Assembly (NCBI GenBank): GCA_964492925.1 | Contig: CAZBMF010000002.1 | Coordinates: 1-50,526 of the forward strand | Direction of reading: 5' to 3' | DNA from: an uncultured Rhizobium sp. | Lineage (GTDB): Bacteria; Bacteroidota; Bacteroidia; NS11-12g; UBA955 | Length of the DNA: 50,526 bases | Part shown: piece by piece, positions 9,287-19,425 of the stretch | Numbering within the stretch: the first letter of the stretch is position 1 | Layout of the letters: the number at the start of each line of letters is the position of its first letter | Made by a program: the position numbers and the translations under genes | The notes under the pieces: generated by a model | Told to the model about the DNA's origin: nothing | The model's input: the letters and a program-made list of their open reading frames with translations, nothing else | The model's database searches: none

Positions 9287-10813
9287 ATGAACATAAAGAA
9301 AATAGGATTGTTTGATGCCACTCTTTTGGTATCTGGTAGCATGATTGGCAGTGGTATCTTCATTGTAACCGCCGAAATGAGCCGACTTTTGGGCAATGCC
9401 TACCTAGTGATTTTCGCGTGGATTCTAACAGGTATTATTACCCTTATGGCTGCCCTGTCTTTTGGGGAACTCTCTAGTATGATGCCTACTGCTGGTGGTC
9501 AATACAATTTTATTTCTCGAATTTATGGCCGTACCATGGGCTTTGTATACGGTTGGTCGGTTTTTTCAGTGATTCAAACTGGAGTTATTGCCGCTGTTGC
9601 TATGGCTTTTGCAAAATATTTGGGTGTTTTTTTACCTGAGTGGGGACCTAAATCTTACCTTTTGGAATTATCTGTTACTTCTTCCTATACTTTTTATTTG
9701 AGTAAAGCTCAGTTAGTTGCCGTTAGTATGATTGTGGTATTAACCTTCATCAATACTTTGGGGGTTCAAGAAAGTAAATGGGTTCAAAGAATTTTTACAC
9801 TGGCCAAATTGCTGGCATTATTTACCCTTATTTTAGGGGGAATTTATTTGATTTTTGGCGGTTCAATTTCCAATGTAAACAACTATTTCAGTACAAATTT
9901 TAAGGGTGGTTTTAATACGGAAAATTTCGTTTTTGATACCAAAGATGGTCATTTTATTTCTGAGGGACATTGGACGTCTTTGCTGGGTTTGCCGTTATTG
10001 CTCGCTTTCAGTTCGGCAATGGTAGGCAGCTTGTTTAGTTCAGATGCCTGGCAGGGAATTACTTTTATGTCGCACGAAATTGATAATCCCTCAAAAAACA
10101 TCCCTAAAGCCTTGTTTTTAGGAACTACGCTTGTTACCATTGTTTATGTATTGGCAAATTTCGCTTATATGGCTCTTTTGCCCATGAAAGGTCTATATGG
10201 TAGTCCTGAAGCAAATCAGTTGAACCAGGTGTTTATAAATGGTATTTCTCACGCATCTGATGATAGGGTTGGTGCCTCTGCTGCGTCTGCATTGATGGGT
10301 GTGGCAAAAAATGAATCTGCTGGACATCTTGGTATGCTGTTTATGGCAGGATTAATCATGATCAGTACTTTTGGTTGTAACAATGGACTCATTTTGGCGG
10401 GAAGTAGATTGTATAAAGCAATGTCGGACCAAGGGTTGTTTTTCAAAAGTGCCTCCCAATTGAATAAAAAGAATGTCCCTCAAAATGCCCTTTGGATGCA
10501 GTGTTTTTGGGCTTGTTTGCTTTGTTTTAGTGGATCTTATGGTGATCTTTTAAATTATTGCACCTTCGCCTCTCTTTTGTTTTATATTATTACTGTGGTA
10601 GGACTTCTTATTTTAAGAAAAAGAGAGCCTTTGGCCGAGAGACCATATAAGGTGTGGGGATATCCTTTTGTGCCAATTGCTTATATTTTACTAGCAGGAC
10701 TAGTTGCTATTGGAATATTGTGGAGTCAATGGAATATTGCCCTTAATGGACTCATCATTGTTGGATTGGGTTATCCAATTTATTTCTTTTTTAATAAAAA
10801 TAAGACGAATTAA
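9287..10813 (+). CDS. Amino acid permease, APC superfamily (second, divergent paralogue)
   Basis: the ORF-track start 9251 lies inside the terminator; ATG 9287 (MNIKKIGLFDATLLVSGSMIGSGIF) gives 508 aa. Confidence 0.85.
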   Translation: MNIKKIGLFDATLLVSGSMIGSGIFIVTAEMSRLLGNAYLVIFAWILTGIITLMAALSFGELSSMMPTAGGQYNFISRIYGRTMGFVYGWSVFSVIQTGVIAAVAMAFAKYLGVFLPEWGPKSYLLELSVTSSYTFYLSKAQLVAVSMIVVLTFINTLGVQESKWVQRIFTLAKLLALFTLILGGIYLIFGGSISNVNNYFSTNFKGGFNTENFVFDTKDGHFISEGHWTSLLGLPLLLAFSSAMVGSLFSSDAWQGITFMSHEIDNPSKNIPKALFLGTTLVTIVYVLANFAYMALLPMKGLYGSPEANQLNQVFINGISHASDDRVGASAASALMGVAKNESAGHLGMLFMAGLIMISTFGCNNGLILAGSRLYKAMSDQGLFFKSASQLNKKNVPQNALWMQCFWACLLCFSGSYGDLLNYCTFASLLFYIITVVGLLILRKREPLAERPYKVWGYPFVPIAYILLAGLVAIGILWSQWNIALNGLIIVGLGYPIYFFFNKNKTN

Positions 10814-11670
10814 TTAAAGCTTTTTTCGAAACTTGTTTTCTCAAAGTCGAATGTTTTTCCCCTTAATTTACCCTGTCCTGACAGTGTAGGAAGTAAATTT
10901 TTGAATTGATCTAAGAACAAACTTTGATCTCCGTCGCTCAATGCTTCGTTTGGTTGGTTGTGTACTTCTATGATCAATCCGTCTGCGCCGGCTGCTATAC
11001 CAGCCGCCGACATTGGTGAAACCAATTCTCTGTGGCCAGTTCCCTGACTTGGGTCTAAAATGATGGGCAAATGGCTCAACATTTTAACCATTGGAATAGC
11101 TGAAATATCAATGGTATTTCTGGTAGAATTTTCGAAAGTGCGAATACCTCTCTCACACAAAATAACTTTTTCATTACCGCTAGATACAATGTATTCAGCC
11201 GCCAATAACCATTCTTCAATGGTACTGCTCATGCCTCTTTTAAGCAATATGGGTTTGTTTATTTTGCCTAAAGCCCTCAACAATGGATAATTTTGCATGT
11301 TGCGTGTTCCAACTTGCATAATGTCTACATATTCACAAAACTCGTCAATTTTATCAATCTCCATGATTTCTGAAACAACCGACATATTATATTTGTCGGC
11401 AGCATCTCTCAGTAAAACCAAACCTTCGGTTTTTAATCCTTGAAATGAATATGGACTGGTGCGTGGCTTGTACGCCCCACCTCTCAAAAATTTGATGTTA
11501 TTTTTGGCTAAAAATTCAGAAATTGTGCAGATTTGCTCTTTGTTCTCTACCGCACATGGACCGGCAATCATAAGCAAATCTTTTCCAATATTGGTTCCAT
11601 TTACTGTGAAAGTGGTGTCCTCAGATTTCCACTCTCTGCTCACGAGTTGGTAGGGTTTTCTGTTTGCCAT
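10810..11670 (-). CDS. aroF: 3-deoxy-7-phosphoheptulonate (DAHP) synthase, type I-beta
   Basis: 286 aa; LMIAGPCAVE, GAYKPRTSPYSFQGL, ILDPSQGTGHRE motifs; the stop overlaps the permease stop by 4 nt (convergent). Confidence 0.85.
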   Translation of the reverse strand: MANRKPYQLVSREWKSEDTTFTVNGTNIGKDLLMIAGPCAVENKEQICTISEFLAKNNIKFLRGGAYKPRTSPYSFQGLKTEGLVLLRDAADKYNMSVVSEIMEIDKIDEFCEYVDIMQVGTRNMQNYPLLRALGKINKPILLKRGMSSTIEEWLLAAEYIVSSGNEKVILCERGIRTFENSTRNTIDISAIPMVKMLSHLPIILDPSQGTGHRELVSPMSAAGIAAGADGLIIEVHNQPNEALSDGDQSLFLDQFKNLLPTLSGQGKLRGKTFDFEKTSFEKSFN

Positions 11671-11691
11671 ATCTATTTAAACCAATAAAGG

Positions 11692-13005
11692 CTAATTCGG
11701 TTTTGAATAAATCAGATTAATTTTTGTTTTGGTATGATCAAAAATACCCCTAGCCCCAATTACTGGTTGATCTGTAGGTACTGCCAAAAATAAACCATTG
11801 TTCAAGTTTTTCTTTTGGAAATACATCTCGTTGAGTAATTTTTGAAGATGTTGTGTGATGGTAAACTTATAAGATTTTGTTTTTGAGTTATACAATCCAC
11901 CATAAGTTGATGCATTCAAAGCATCTGGAATGAAATAATTTCTTACACTGTTTTTGGCAGATGGTTGAAACAAATTTAAGCGGGGAGGAGCAAAGAAATT
12001 TTCATCAAAATCTGTGATGAAAAACTCTATTTCAGCCTTGTTGATAGAAACATTTCCTTTTTCTATAAGATTGTAAAGATAGGGCAATTCAATTTTTGTT
12101 TTTACACCACTTAAAGCCTGAACATATGTTCTGTTATAATGTTTGTTGTTTGATAATTGTTCTCTAATTTCGTTTTTGTAAGGACCAGTTTTTCCAGTAG
12201 TTACCGCCGTAGAACTTCCACCAAAACCAAACACAAAGGTGTTTGTATCTTCGTAATACAACATGATTTTAGCTCTGTATGCCATCGAAATGATATTGTT
12301 GATGTCAAAAACGCACATCGAACCATTTCCTGGTGCCAAATCCTGATCTTGTGGAACAATAGAAATTCCTTTGAAATACTTGGCAAGATTTTCGTTTGTT
12401 TGATAGGCCTCTTTTGGCATACTCATAAGGTAATCTGCCAATTTCTTACTTAGCTTAATTCTTAATCCATCATAAGGTTGAAGCTTTGTTTTTCTGTATC
12501 TAACGCTATCCTTGATTTGATTTATGAGTGCACCATAATAAGTAGTGGTATAGTTTTCATCGGTTTCAAATTCACTATTTTGGTAGTAAACATTTGATCC
12601 AAGTATGGTTGACTCTAGCTTGTCGATTTTTAACAATTGTGGGGTGGTTCTCTCTCCATAAGTATTGAGACCATCCACAGAGGGTATAAACAAAATGGCC
12701 GAATCGGATGACTCACCTGTGGGGAAATTTGAATTTGGTTCAATTAATACAAGATTTGCATACAATGAAGAACTACTTTTTCCCAGTTCCGCATCATTCA
12801 TGCTGCCAAGAAGAGAATATCTGATGCCATTTCCAGGAAGAGAATCTTCGTCAACTGTTCTGGCAGTAAAACTTAAAGTGTCTGTAACAAACAACCCTAA
12901 TTGATTTCCGTTTCCTTGTCCATCTAGCACAATGTTTCCTTCTTCTTTCGTGCAAGAAGTCAAATACATAGCACCAAGTAAAAAAATCAGAATAGATTTG
13001 TTCAC
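11692..13005 (-). CDS. DUF4270-family lipoprotein
   Basis: 437 aa, GTG start, lipobox LTSC; its position between the glycogen-synthase-like gene and the downstream gene is typical of Bacteroidota. Confidence 0.7.
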   Translation of the reverse strand: MNKSILIFLLGAMYLTSCTKEEGNIVLDGQGNGNQLGLFVTDTLSFTARTVDEDSLPGNGIRYSLLGSMNDAELGKSSSSLYANLVLIEPNSNFPTGESSDSAILFIPSVDGLNTYGERTTPQLLKIDKLESTILGSNVYYQNSEFETDENYTTTYYGALINQIKDSVRYRKTKLQPYDGLRIKLSKKLADYLMSMPKEAYQTNENLAKYFKGISIVPQDQDLAPGNGSMCVFDINNIISMAYRAKIMLYYEDTNTFVFGFGGSSTAVTTGKTGPYKNEIREQLSNNKHYNRTYVQALSGVKTKIELPYLYNLIEKGNVSINKAEIEFFITDFDENFFAPPRLNLFQPSAKNSVRNYFIPDALNASTYGGLYNSKTKSYKFTITQHLQKLLNEMYFQKKNLNNGLFLAVPTDQPVIGARGIFDHTKTKINLIYSKPN

Positions 13006-13015
13006 TTGACTGGTT

Positions 13016-13819
13016 TTAAGATAAGAATTGTTTGTAAAAACTTACGTAGTTCTGTTCAACGTCTACGTCAGAATGCTTCATTACAAGTTTGCCTTCTAAA
13101 TGACTTTCAACAGATCTATGTGCGTCTTCACAGGCTGTTACAACGCCATCGGCATGTTTCACGGCACCAACATTTAATTCATTGAGTGATGAATTTTCAA
13201 AACATTCTGAACAAATATCATCAATTTCATTAAGACTTGCCTTTCTAACAAAATCTTCACCCAATGTGTTGTTGCAATTCTCGTGATAAACGCTGTAAAT
13301 TACTTTGGTGCCTCTGAAAACCGGTTCGTCTTTGTAAATTGTTTTCAAATACAATGGAATTAAACTGGTCATCCAGCCTTGGCAATGAATAATATCAGGC
13401 GACCATCCAAGTTTTTTTACAGTTTCCATAACCCCCTTGCAGAAGAAAATAGTTCTCTCGTCATTGTCTTCGAAGAATTTGCCGTTTTCATCGCTAAATA
13501 CCGCTTTTCTGTGGAAGAAGTCTTCGTTGTCTAGGAAGTAAACCTGCATTTTGGTATTCGGAATTGAAGCAACTTTGATAATCAAAGGATTGTCATTGTC
13601 GTCAATTGATATATTGATACCCGATAACCTTACAACTTCGTGAAGTCTATTTCTACGCTCATTGATTACTCCGAAACGGGGAACCAAAATTCGAATTTCA
13701 TTCTCTTGTTCTTGTAATGCCTGTGGCAACATTCTGGCAATGGTAGCTAAAGGTGATGTTTCAAGGAATGGAGACATCTCAGAACTAACAAATAGAACAC
13801 GTTTTTTTTCTTGGCTCAT
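13016..13819 (-). CDS. Glycogen/starch synthase-like protein (GT5 N-terminal domain only)
   Basis: 267 aa; KRVLFVSSEMSPFLETSPLATIA resembles the GlgA N-terminus; no C-terminal GT1 half. Confidence 0.75.
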   Translation of the reverse strand: MSQEKKRVLFVSSEMSPFLETSPLATIARMLPQALQEQENEIRILVPRFGVINERRNRLHEVVRLSGINISIDDNDNPLIIKVASIPNTKMQVYFLDNEDFFHRKAVFSDENGKFFEDNDERTIFFCKGVMETVKKLGWSPDIIHCQGWMTSLIPLYLKTIYKDEPVFRGTKVIYSVYHENCNNTLGEDFVRKASLNEIDDICSECFENSSLNELNVGAVKHADGVVTACEDAHRSVESHLEGKLVMKHSDVDVEQNYVSFYKQFLS

Positions 13820-13853
13820 AGCTTGGGTAGGTTCTTTTTTTGTAAACAGTTTA

Positions 13854-13861
13854 CAAAATTA
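13854..13861 (-). promoter_or_regulatory. -7 promoter box TAATTTTG for the glgA-like/DUF4270/aroF operon
   Basis: plus caaaatta; 34 nt upstream of ATG 13819; overlaps a 15-bp perfect palindrome at 13841-13855. Confidence 0.45.
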
Positions 13862-13928
13862 ACGAAAAAAAATTGAATTTTCAAAATAATACATCGGTTA
13901 ATTCCTTTATTTGTGGGCCATTTTATTC

Positions 13929-14744
13929 ATGTTCATTTTATTTTCAAATCAAGCATTACTCGAATTTCGTAAAAATCTAGCCAATCCGCTGGCTTTTGTT
14001 CCTACTATGGGCGCTCTTCACGATGGACACCTCTCTCTCGTGAGGGCCGCTAAAGAAAAGAATTTCACCGTATTAGTGAGCATTTTTGTGAATCCCTTGC
14101 AGTTCAATAACCCAGATGATTTACTTAAATATCCTCGAACCATCCAAAATGATTTGAATCTTCTTGAAAATGAAGGAGTTGATGCCGTTTATTTGCCCTC
14201 TGTTCACCATGTTTACCCCCCGAACAACCCCTCAAAGCAAATTTGTCTGCCTAATAACGCTATTGAAAGTGTTTTTGAGGGACATTTTAGGCCCGGACAT
14301 TTTAACGGGGTAGTGCAAGTTTTACATAGATTTTTCTCCCTTATTTCCCCGCAATCTGTTTTTTTTGGTCAAAAAGATCTTCAACAATGTATGATTGTTA
14401 AACTCATTATTGATGAGTTTTTTCCCAATATTCAATTCAATATTGTGCCAACCAGTAGAGAAAAGTCTGGACTTGCAATGAGTAGTCGAAACATGCGACT
14501 TTCAGAATCAGAATTGAAAAGGGCTGAGGAAATTTATGTATCACTTACGGCGTTATTGACATTTGATCCATCTCAGATTGAAGTTCAAATACAAAGGCTG
14601 AAACAATACGAAATTCATACAGAATACTTGAGCTATATTGATTTGCCAAATTTTGAGGTATCCACATCAAATACAGGAAACCAAGCGGTAATTTTTGCAG
14701 GTTATTTAGGAGAAATTAGGCTTATTGATAACCTATTCTTGTAA
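13929..14744 (+). CDS. panC: Pantoate--beta-alanine ligase
   Basis: VPTMGALHDGHLSL motif; ATG 13929 gives E. coli-like spacing to the PTMG motif (the ORF track uses TTG 13911). Confidence 0.9.
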   Translation: MFILFSNQALLEFRKNLANPLAFVPTMGALHDGHLSLVRAAKEKNFTVLVSIFVNPLQFNNPDDLLKYPRTIQNDLNLLENEGVDAVYLPSVHHVYPPNNPSKQICLPNNAIESVFEGHFRPGHFNGVVQVLHRFFSLISPQSVFFGQKDLQQCMIVKLIIDEFFPNIQFNIVPTSREKSGLAMSSRNMRLSESELKRAEEIYVSLTALLTFDPSQIEVQIQRLKQYEIHTEYLSYIDLPNFEVSTSNTGNQAVIFAGYLGEIRLIDNLFL

Positions 14745-17700
14745 GTATTTAGTTCCGTTTTCATCGATGTAAAATCGGCGACCCCCAAGTTCCACTAAGG
14801 CTAACCCATTTGAAAAATCATTGGCGTTTTCGAATGCCACTGGAATCACTATTTTTCCCTCTGTATTGATGTAGCCCCACAATCCATCTTGTTGTACTGT
14901 GGCCAATGACTCATGAAAATCTCCGCAATTTTCAAAACTAGCTGCAATTTCCATCACACCGGCCTCATTGATGTATCCAAACAAATTGTTTTTTAATATT
15001 TTACACCTTCCAAATTTGAATTTGGAGACTTCGTTTTCACCTATCTCAATTTTAATTCTACCCATTGGATCAATAAAATTAATTTTACCATTGGATTCAA
15101 CCTTTGATAACCCTTCACTAAAATGTTGAATCTGATCATATTGCGGAGGAATGATAAAATTAAAGGATTTGTCAATAAATCCCCATTTTTCAAGTTGTTT
15201 AATGGGTGCATAATTTTCTTCAAATGACAATGCTACATCGTAAATGGGTTTTCTGTAAACCACGGCATTCCCTTTTTTGTCAATATATCCCCAAAATTCT
15301 CCAATTTTAATGTTGGCAATACCATTCTCAAAACTGCCAACCTCATCAAAAGAGGTATTAATTACGAGTTTCCCTGTTTGGTCAATAAATCCCCATTTTT
15401 TACCAATTTCAACAGCCGCAAGTCCCTCAGAGAAAGACCCAATATTTTCATAATTTGCTGGAATTACAAGTGTACCAGTTTTGTTTATGAATCCCCATTT
15501 ACTCACCACGTTTACTCCACAATAACCTTCATGGAAATTTTGGACATCAGCATAATTAGGTTGAATGACTTTGTTGCCTTTTTTATCTATGAAACCAAAT
15601 TTTCCATTTTCTTTAAATGCCGCCAAACCTTCATTGAACGGAAAAACTTCATCAAACGAAATTGGAATGATTACATTATTCAAAGTATCAATGAATCCCC
15701 ATTTTTTTTCTCTTTTTACGGCTGCTAATCCCTCAGAAAATGAAAAAGCATTGTCGTAAATGTAAGGAACAATTGGAGTACCAAAGGCGTCAATGAAACC
15801 ATATTTCTTTTCAAATTCTACCGCTGCCAAACCATGATAAAAGTCTCTTGCATTTTCAAATTGCGGAGCAATAACCAATTTTCCATTTAAATCCATGAAT
15901 CCATGTAAATCACCTTCCACAAATCGAATTAATTGGGAAATAGGTTTGCCTATTGAAATATACTTTGCCGGTAAAACAACTTTACCTTCATTGTTTAAAA
16001 TTCCAAATAAGCCGTTATCTTCAAAAACAGCCAAATCCTTTTCAAAAGGAAAAATTTGATTGTAAATAGGTTTGACAATATAGTTTAGGTTTTTATCTAC
16101 AACACCGGTTTTGCCATTTTCTTTAACAATTCCTTTGTTTTCATGAAAATTAGAGGCCATTTCAAAAATTGGTTGTACATATTCGTTTAATTTACCATCA
16201 ATGCCTTTATATCCAATGGCCCCAACTAATTCAACCTCTTTGAGTTCGGCAGAAAATGTTCCTAATTCTTCGTAAATTAATTGAATAACAACTTGACCGT
16301 TTTTATTGATTACCCCATAATTTGAACCAATTTTAACTTTGGCTAAACCATCAACGAAGTCTGAGGGTTCCTCATAAATGGCATTTATTACAAACTCACC
16401 GCTTAAATTAATAAACCCATATTTCCCATCTTTTTTGGCGTTGGCAATGTCGTTTTCAAAGTAAGAAATTTCCTCAAAACTTGGAGCAATAATTTCAACT
16501 CCATCTGAATTTACCATTCCATACAATTGATCTTTTTCAACAAAAGAATAGCCATTTTTGAAATCACTGGCGAAATTGTATTTTGGTTCAACCACCATGG
16601 TGCCTTCTGTGTTGATGTAACCCCACTTATCATTGACTTTTACTGGAGCTAAGTTTCCATCGAAATTTCCAACAAGCGAATATTTAGGAATAAAGATTGT
16701 GTTCCCATATTTGTCAACATAACCCCATTTGTTATTCAATTTTACGTTTAACTGATTTTCAATATATGTGCCCGCATCATCATATTTCGGTGCAATAAGA
16801 TATTTTCCTTTTGTGTCAATCAAACCCCACTTACCATTGATTTTCACATTGGCAGTTCCTTGACTAAAATTACCAACTTGCTCATAAATTGCAGGACTAA
16901 CAAGTTTGTTTTTAACTGTTATAAATCCCCATTTGTTTTTATCTTTAAAAGGGACAATACTGTCTGAAATGATGCCGATTTCTTGGTAATTGGGCTTAAT
17001 AATTTCGGTTCCATTGATATGATAAACACCCCATTTGCCGTTTTGCATGGCTGCAAAATAGTTGTTATAAATGCTGCCAATATCGCCGTACTTCGGTTGA
17101 ACTACCATTTTTGCAGTTCCATCAACAATGCCATAAATGCCTTTATCGCGAACTATGGCAAATCCATTTTGATCAAATGCTGTTGCAAATTCATACACCG
17201 ATGTGTTGATTTTTTGTCCCTCCAAATTGATAAAATAAAAAGAATCAAATGATTTTACACAAGCAATTTCATTGTAAAAAGGGAAAGCTTGATCATACTT
17301 TTCTTTAATAACAGTTTTACCAGTATTGTTAATATAACCCCAATAGCCATTCACATAAACCGGTGCAACACCTGAGTTGAAGTTGCCAGCATCTTCATAA
17401 ATTGCCTCAACTATTTCTTTTCCTTGAAGGTCAATAAATCCAAAATACCCATTTTTTTCAATCCTCGCAAGTCCATCGTAAAAATCCCTAGCACTGCTGT
17501 ATGTAGGCTCAATTAAAATGTCACTTGCGTAGTTTATATAGCCCCATAAATCATTCTGTTTCACCCTAGCAATACCATCTTTAAATTCACTCGCATATTG
17601 GAATTCAAAAGTGGAAGCAACAATGTTGTTACCAGATTTGTTGATAAAGTCAGCTTTTCCACCTACTTCAATACGTGCAATGCCATTATGGAAATCACTG

Positions 17701-18833
17701 GCAGAAGAGAACTTAGGTTGAATCACAAATTCACCAGTTAAATCAATAAATCCCCAGAAACCTCTAGTTTTAACAGGGGCAATTCCCTCATTAAATTGAC
17801 CATGATCCTCAAATTTGTTTTGAAAAGCATAATCCCCAGTTTTATTGATAACGCCAAATTCGCCGTCGATGTCTGTCCAAGCCAATCCATTGATAAACCG
17901 ATTGACCCCATCATATTGTGCAGGAATAACCAATTCACCCTGTTTGTTTATGAATCCCCACAAACCGTTTATTTTAACGGCCGCATATCCTTCATGAAAA
18001 TCATCAGCATATTCATAAGATGCTTTGATAACAAATTTTCCGGTTTGATCAATGAATCCATACTTTCCTTGTAATTCTACCAATGCCAAATCTTCTGAAA
18101 ATCCATGTGCTGAAGTGTATGTTGGTTTGATAATTACACGCCCATCCTTATCCATGAATCCCCATTTGCCTCCTTTTTTGAAGTTGATATACGAACTATT
18201 ACCGCCTTCTTTCCACTTGAAATAAGAATTTCCGTCGGCAAACATGATTCCTTTTTTGTTGATGTAACCCCACAAGCCAGATTGTTTTACATTCGCTAAA
18301 CCTTCACGGAAATTCCCAGCATCGTCATAATTATAATCAATTACCAAATTGCCTTTAATGTCGATATATCCCCATTTTTTGCCTTGTTTAACACAGGCCA
18401 TCCCTTCTTGAAAATCCCCACAATTGTCGTAAATCTCTGATGTTAAATTTTCGCCTTTGCTGTTGATGTAACCAAATTTGTTTTTCGACGAAACCCTAGC
18501 AAATCCCTCATGAAATTGACCAACTTCATTATATTTTGCCTCTGTTATCACCTTTCCAGATTCGTGAATAAACCCGTATTTCCCATTTTTTTCATAAAAT
18601 GCAATCCCTTCATGGAACCTTCCAATGAATTCAAATGCCGTATTTGAAATAACTCTTTTAGAAGTTTTATTCACCAAAATATAACTTCCATCTTGTTGAA
18701 GAAATGGTACAGATGTGCTATCGTAACCATTCGAAAAATAAGAAGATGCAAAATTTATAAAAAGTAAATTGATGGCGAAAATGAACCCTCTTTTTTGAAT
18801 AGATGAAAAATTGAAATGGTTTGATAAAGACAT
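14733..18833 (-). CDS. Giant WG-repeat (KWG/WG_beta_rep) protein with N-terminal signal/anchor
   Basis: 1366 aa; I count about 38 tandem units of about 33 aa of the form F.EGLA.V...GKWGFID..GK.VI.P.YD; hydrophobic N-terminus; no T9SS tail. Confidence 0.85.
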   Translation of the reverse strand: MSLSNHFNFSSIQKRGFIFAINLLFINFASSYFSNGYDSTSVPFLQQDGSYILVNKTSKRVISNTAFEFIGRFHEGIAFYEKNGKYGFIHESGKVITEAKYNEVGQFHEGFARVSSKNKFGYINSKGENLTSEIYDNCGDFQEGMACVKQGKKWGYIDIKGNLVIDYNYDDAGNFREGLANVKQSGLWGYINKKGIMFADGNSYFKWKEGGNSSYINFKKGGKWGFMDKDGRVIIKPTYTSAHGFSEDLALVELQGKYGFIDQTGKFVIKASYEYADDFHEGYAAVKINGLWGFINKQGELVIPAQYDGVNRFINGLAWTDIDGEFGVINKTGDYAFQNKFEDHGQFNEGIAPVKTRGFWGFIDLTGEFVIQPKFSSASDFHNGIARIEVGGKADFINKSGNNIVASTFEFQYASEFKDGIARVKQNDLWGYINYASDILIEPTYSSARDFYDGLARIEKNGYFGFIDLQGKEIVEAIYEDAGNFNSGVAPVYVNGYWGYINNTGKTVIKEKYDQAFPFYNEIACVKSFDSFYFINLEGQKINTSVYEFATAFDQNGFAIVRDKGIYGIVDGTAKMVVQPKYGDIGSIYNNYFAAMQNGKWGVYHINGTEIIKPNYQEIGIISDSIVPFKDKNKWGFITVKNKLVSPAIYEQVGNFSQGTANVKINGKWGLIDTKGKYLIAPKYDDAGTYIENQLNVKLNNKWGYVDKYGNTIFIPKYSLVGNFDGNLAPVKVNDKWGYINTEGTMVVEPKYNFASDFKNGYSFVEKDQLYGMVNSDGVEIIAPSFEEISYFENDIANAKKDGKYGFINLSGEFVINAIYEEPSDFVDGLAKVKIGSNYGVINKNGQVVIQLIYEELGTFSAELKEVELVGAIGYKGIDGKLNEYVQPIFEMASNFHENKGIVKENGKTGVVDKNLNYIVKPIYNQIFPFEKDLAVFEDNGLFGILNNEGKVVLPAKYISIGKPISQLIRFVEGDLHGFMDLNGKLVIAPQFENARDFYHGLAAVEFEKKYGFIDAFGTPIVPYIYDNAFSFSEGLAAVKREKKWGFIDTLNNVIIPISFDEVFPFNEGLAAFKENGKFGFIDKKGNKVIQPNYADVQNFHEGYCGVNVVSKWGFINKTGTLVIPANYENIGSFSEGLAAVEIGKKWGFIDQTGKLVINTSFDEVGSFENGIANIKIGEFWGYIDKKGNAVVYRKPIYDVALSFEENYAPIKQLEKWGFIDKSFNFIIPPQYDQIQHFSEGLSKVESNGKINFIDPMGRIKIEIGENEVSKFKFGRCKILKNNLFGYINEAGVMEIAASFENCGDFHESLATVQQDGLWGYINTEGKIVIPVAFENANDFSNGLALVELGGRRFYIDENGTKYLQE

Positions 18834-18865
18834 TTGAGAAATTCTATTTTATGGTAGATTAACTT

Positions 18866-18873
18866 CAAAAATA
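18866..18873 (-). promoter_or_regulatory. -7 promoter box TATTTTTG for the WG-repeat gene
   Basis: plus caaaaata; 32 nt upstream of ATG 18833. Confidence 0.45.
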
Positions 18874-18905
18874 AAACCTATCTTTCAAATTACCACCATT
18901 TTACT

Positions 18906-19358
18906 TCACTCGCGATTTTTCGTATCTATGAAAATGGTTACCGGGCCATCATTGATTAAATTGATTTGCATGTCGGCCCCAAAAATTCCAGTTTGAATAT
19001 TCAATCCACTCAACTGCTTCAATGTTGCTACAAAATCATTGTAAATTGGAATCGAAATTTCTGGTTTCGCAGATCGAATAAATGAAGGTCTGTTTCCTTT
19101 GGCTGTAGATGCAAATAGGGTAAATTGACTAACTACCAATATGTTGCCGCCAATTTCTTTCACCGATAAATTCATTTTGCCCTCACTATCAGAGAAAATT
19201 CTTAAACCAATTAATTTGTTCGCCATCCAAACAATGTCTTCCTTTGAATCGCTGTTTTCAATGCCAATTAATACCATCAAACCCTTGTTGATAGAGCCAT
19301 GAATCTCATTGTTGATTGAAACTTCTGCCTTACTTACTCTTTGTATGATTGCCCTCAT
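18906..19358 (-). CDS. dtd: D-aminoacyl-tRNA deacylase
   Basis: 150 aa; MRAIIQRVSKAEV..., SQFTL and GPVTI motifs. Confidence 0.9.
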   Translation of the reverse strand: MRAIIQRVSKAEVSINNEIHGSINKGLMVLIGIENSDSKEDIVWMANKLIGLRIFSDSEGKMNLSVKEIGGNILVVSQFTLFASTAKGNRPSFIRSAKPEISIPIYNDFVATLKQLSGLNIQTGIFGADMQINLINDGPVTIFIDTKNRE

Positions 19359-19425
19359 TTCTATACAAAATTCATACTTTTCGGCTAAGTTTGTTTATTC
19401 TTTTCATTTTTGAAAATAATACATC

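Noticed and set aside
14733-18833. Periodic DNA repeats and several 60-116-aa antisense ORFs (e.g. 15378..15728, 16983..17252, 17796..18074) inside the WG-repeat gene; briefly considered as a repeat array or CRISPR-like structure
   Set aside because: The periodicity is that of a degenerate coding repeat of about 100 nt, with no identical direct repeats or unique spacers. The antisense ORFs are fully nested in a well-supported 1366-aa frame.
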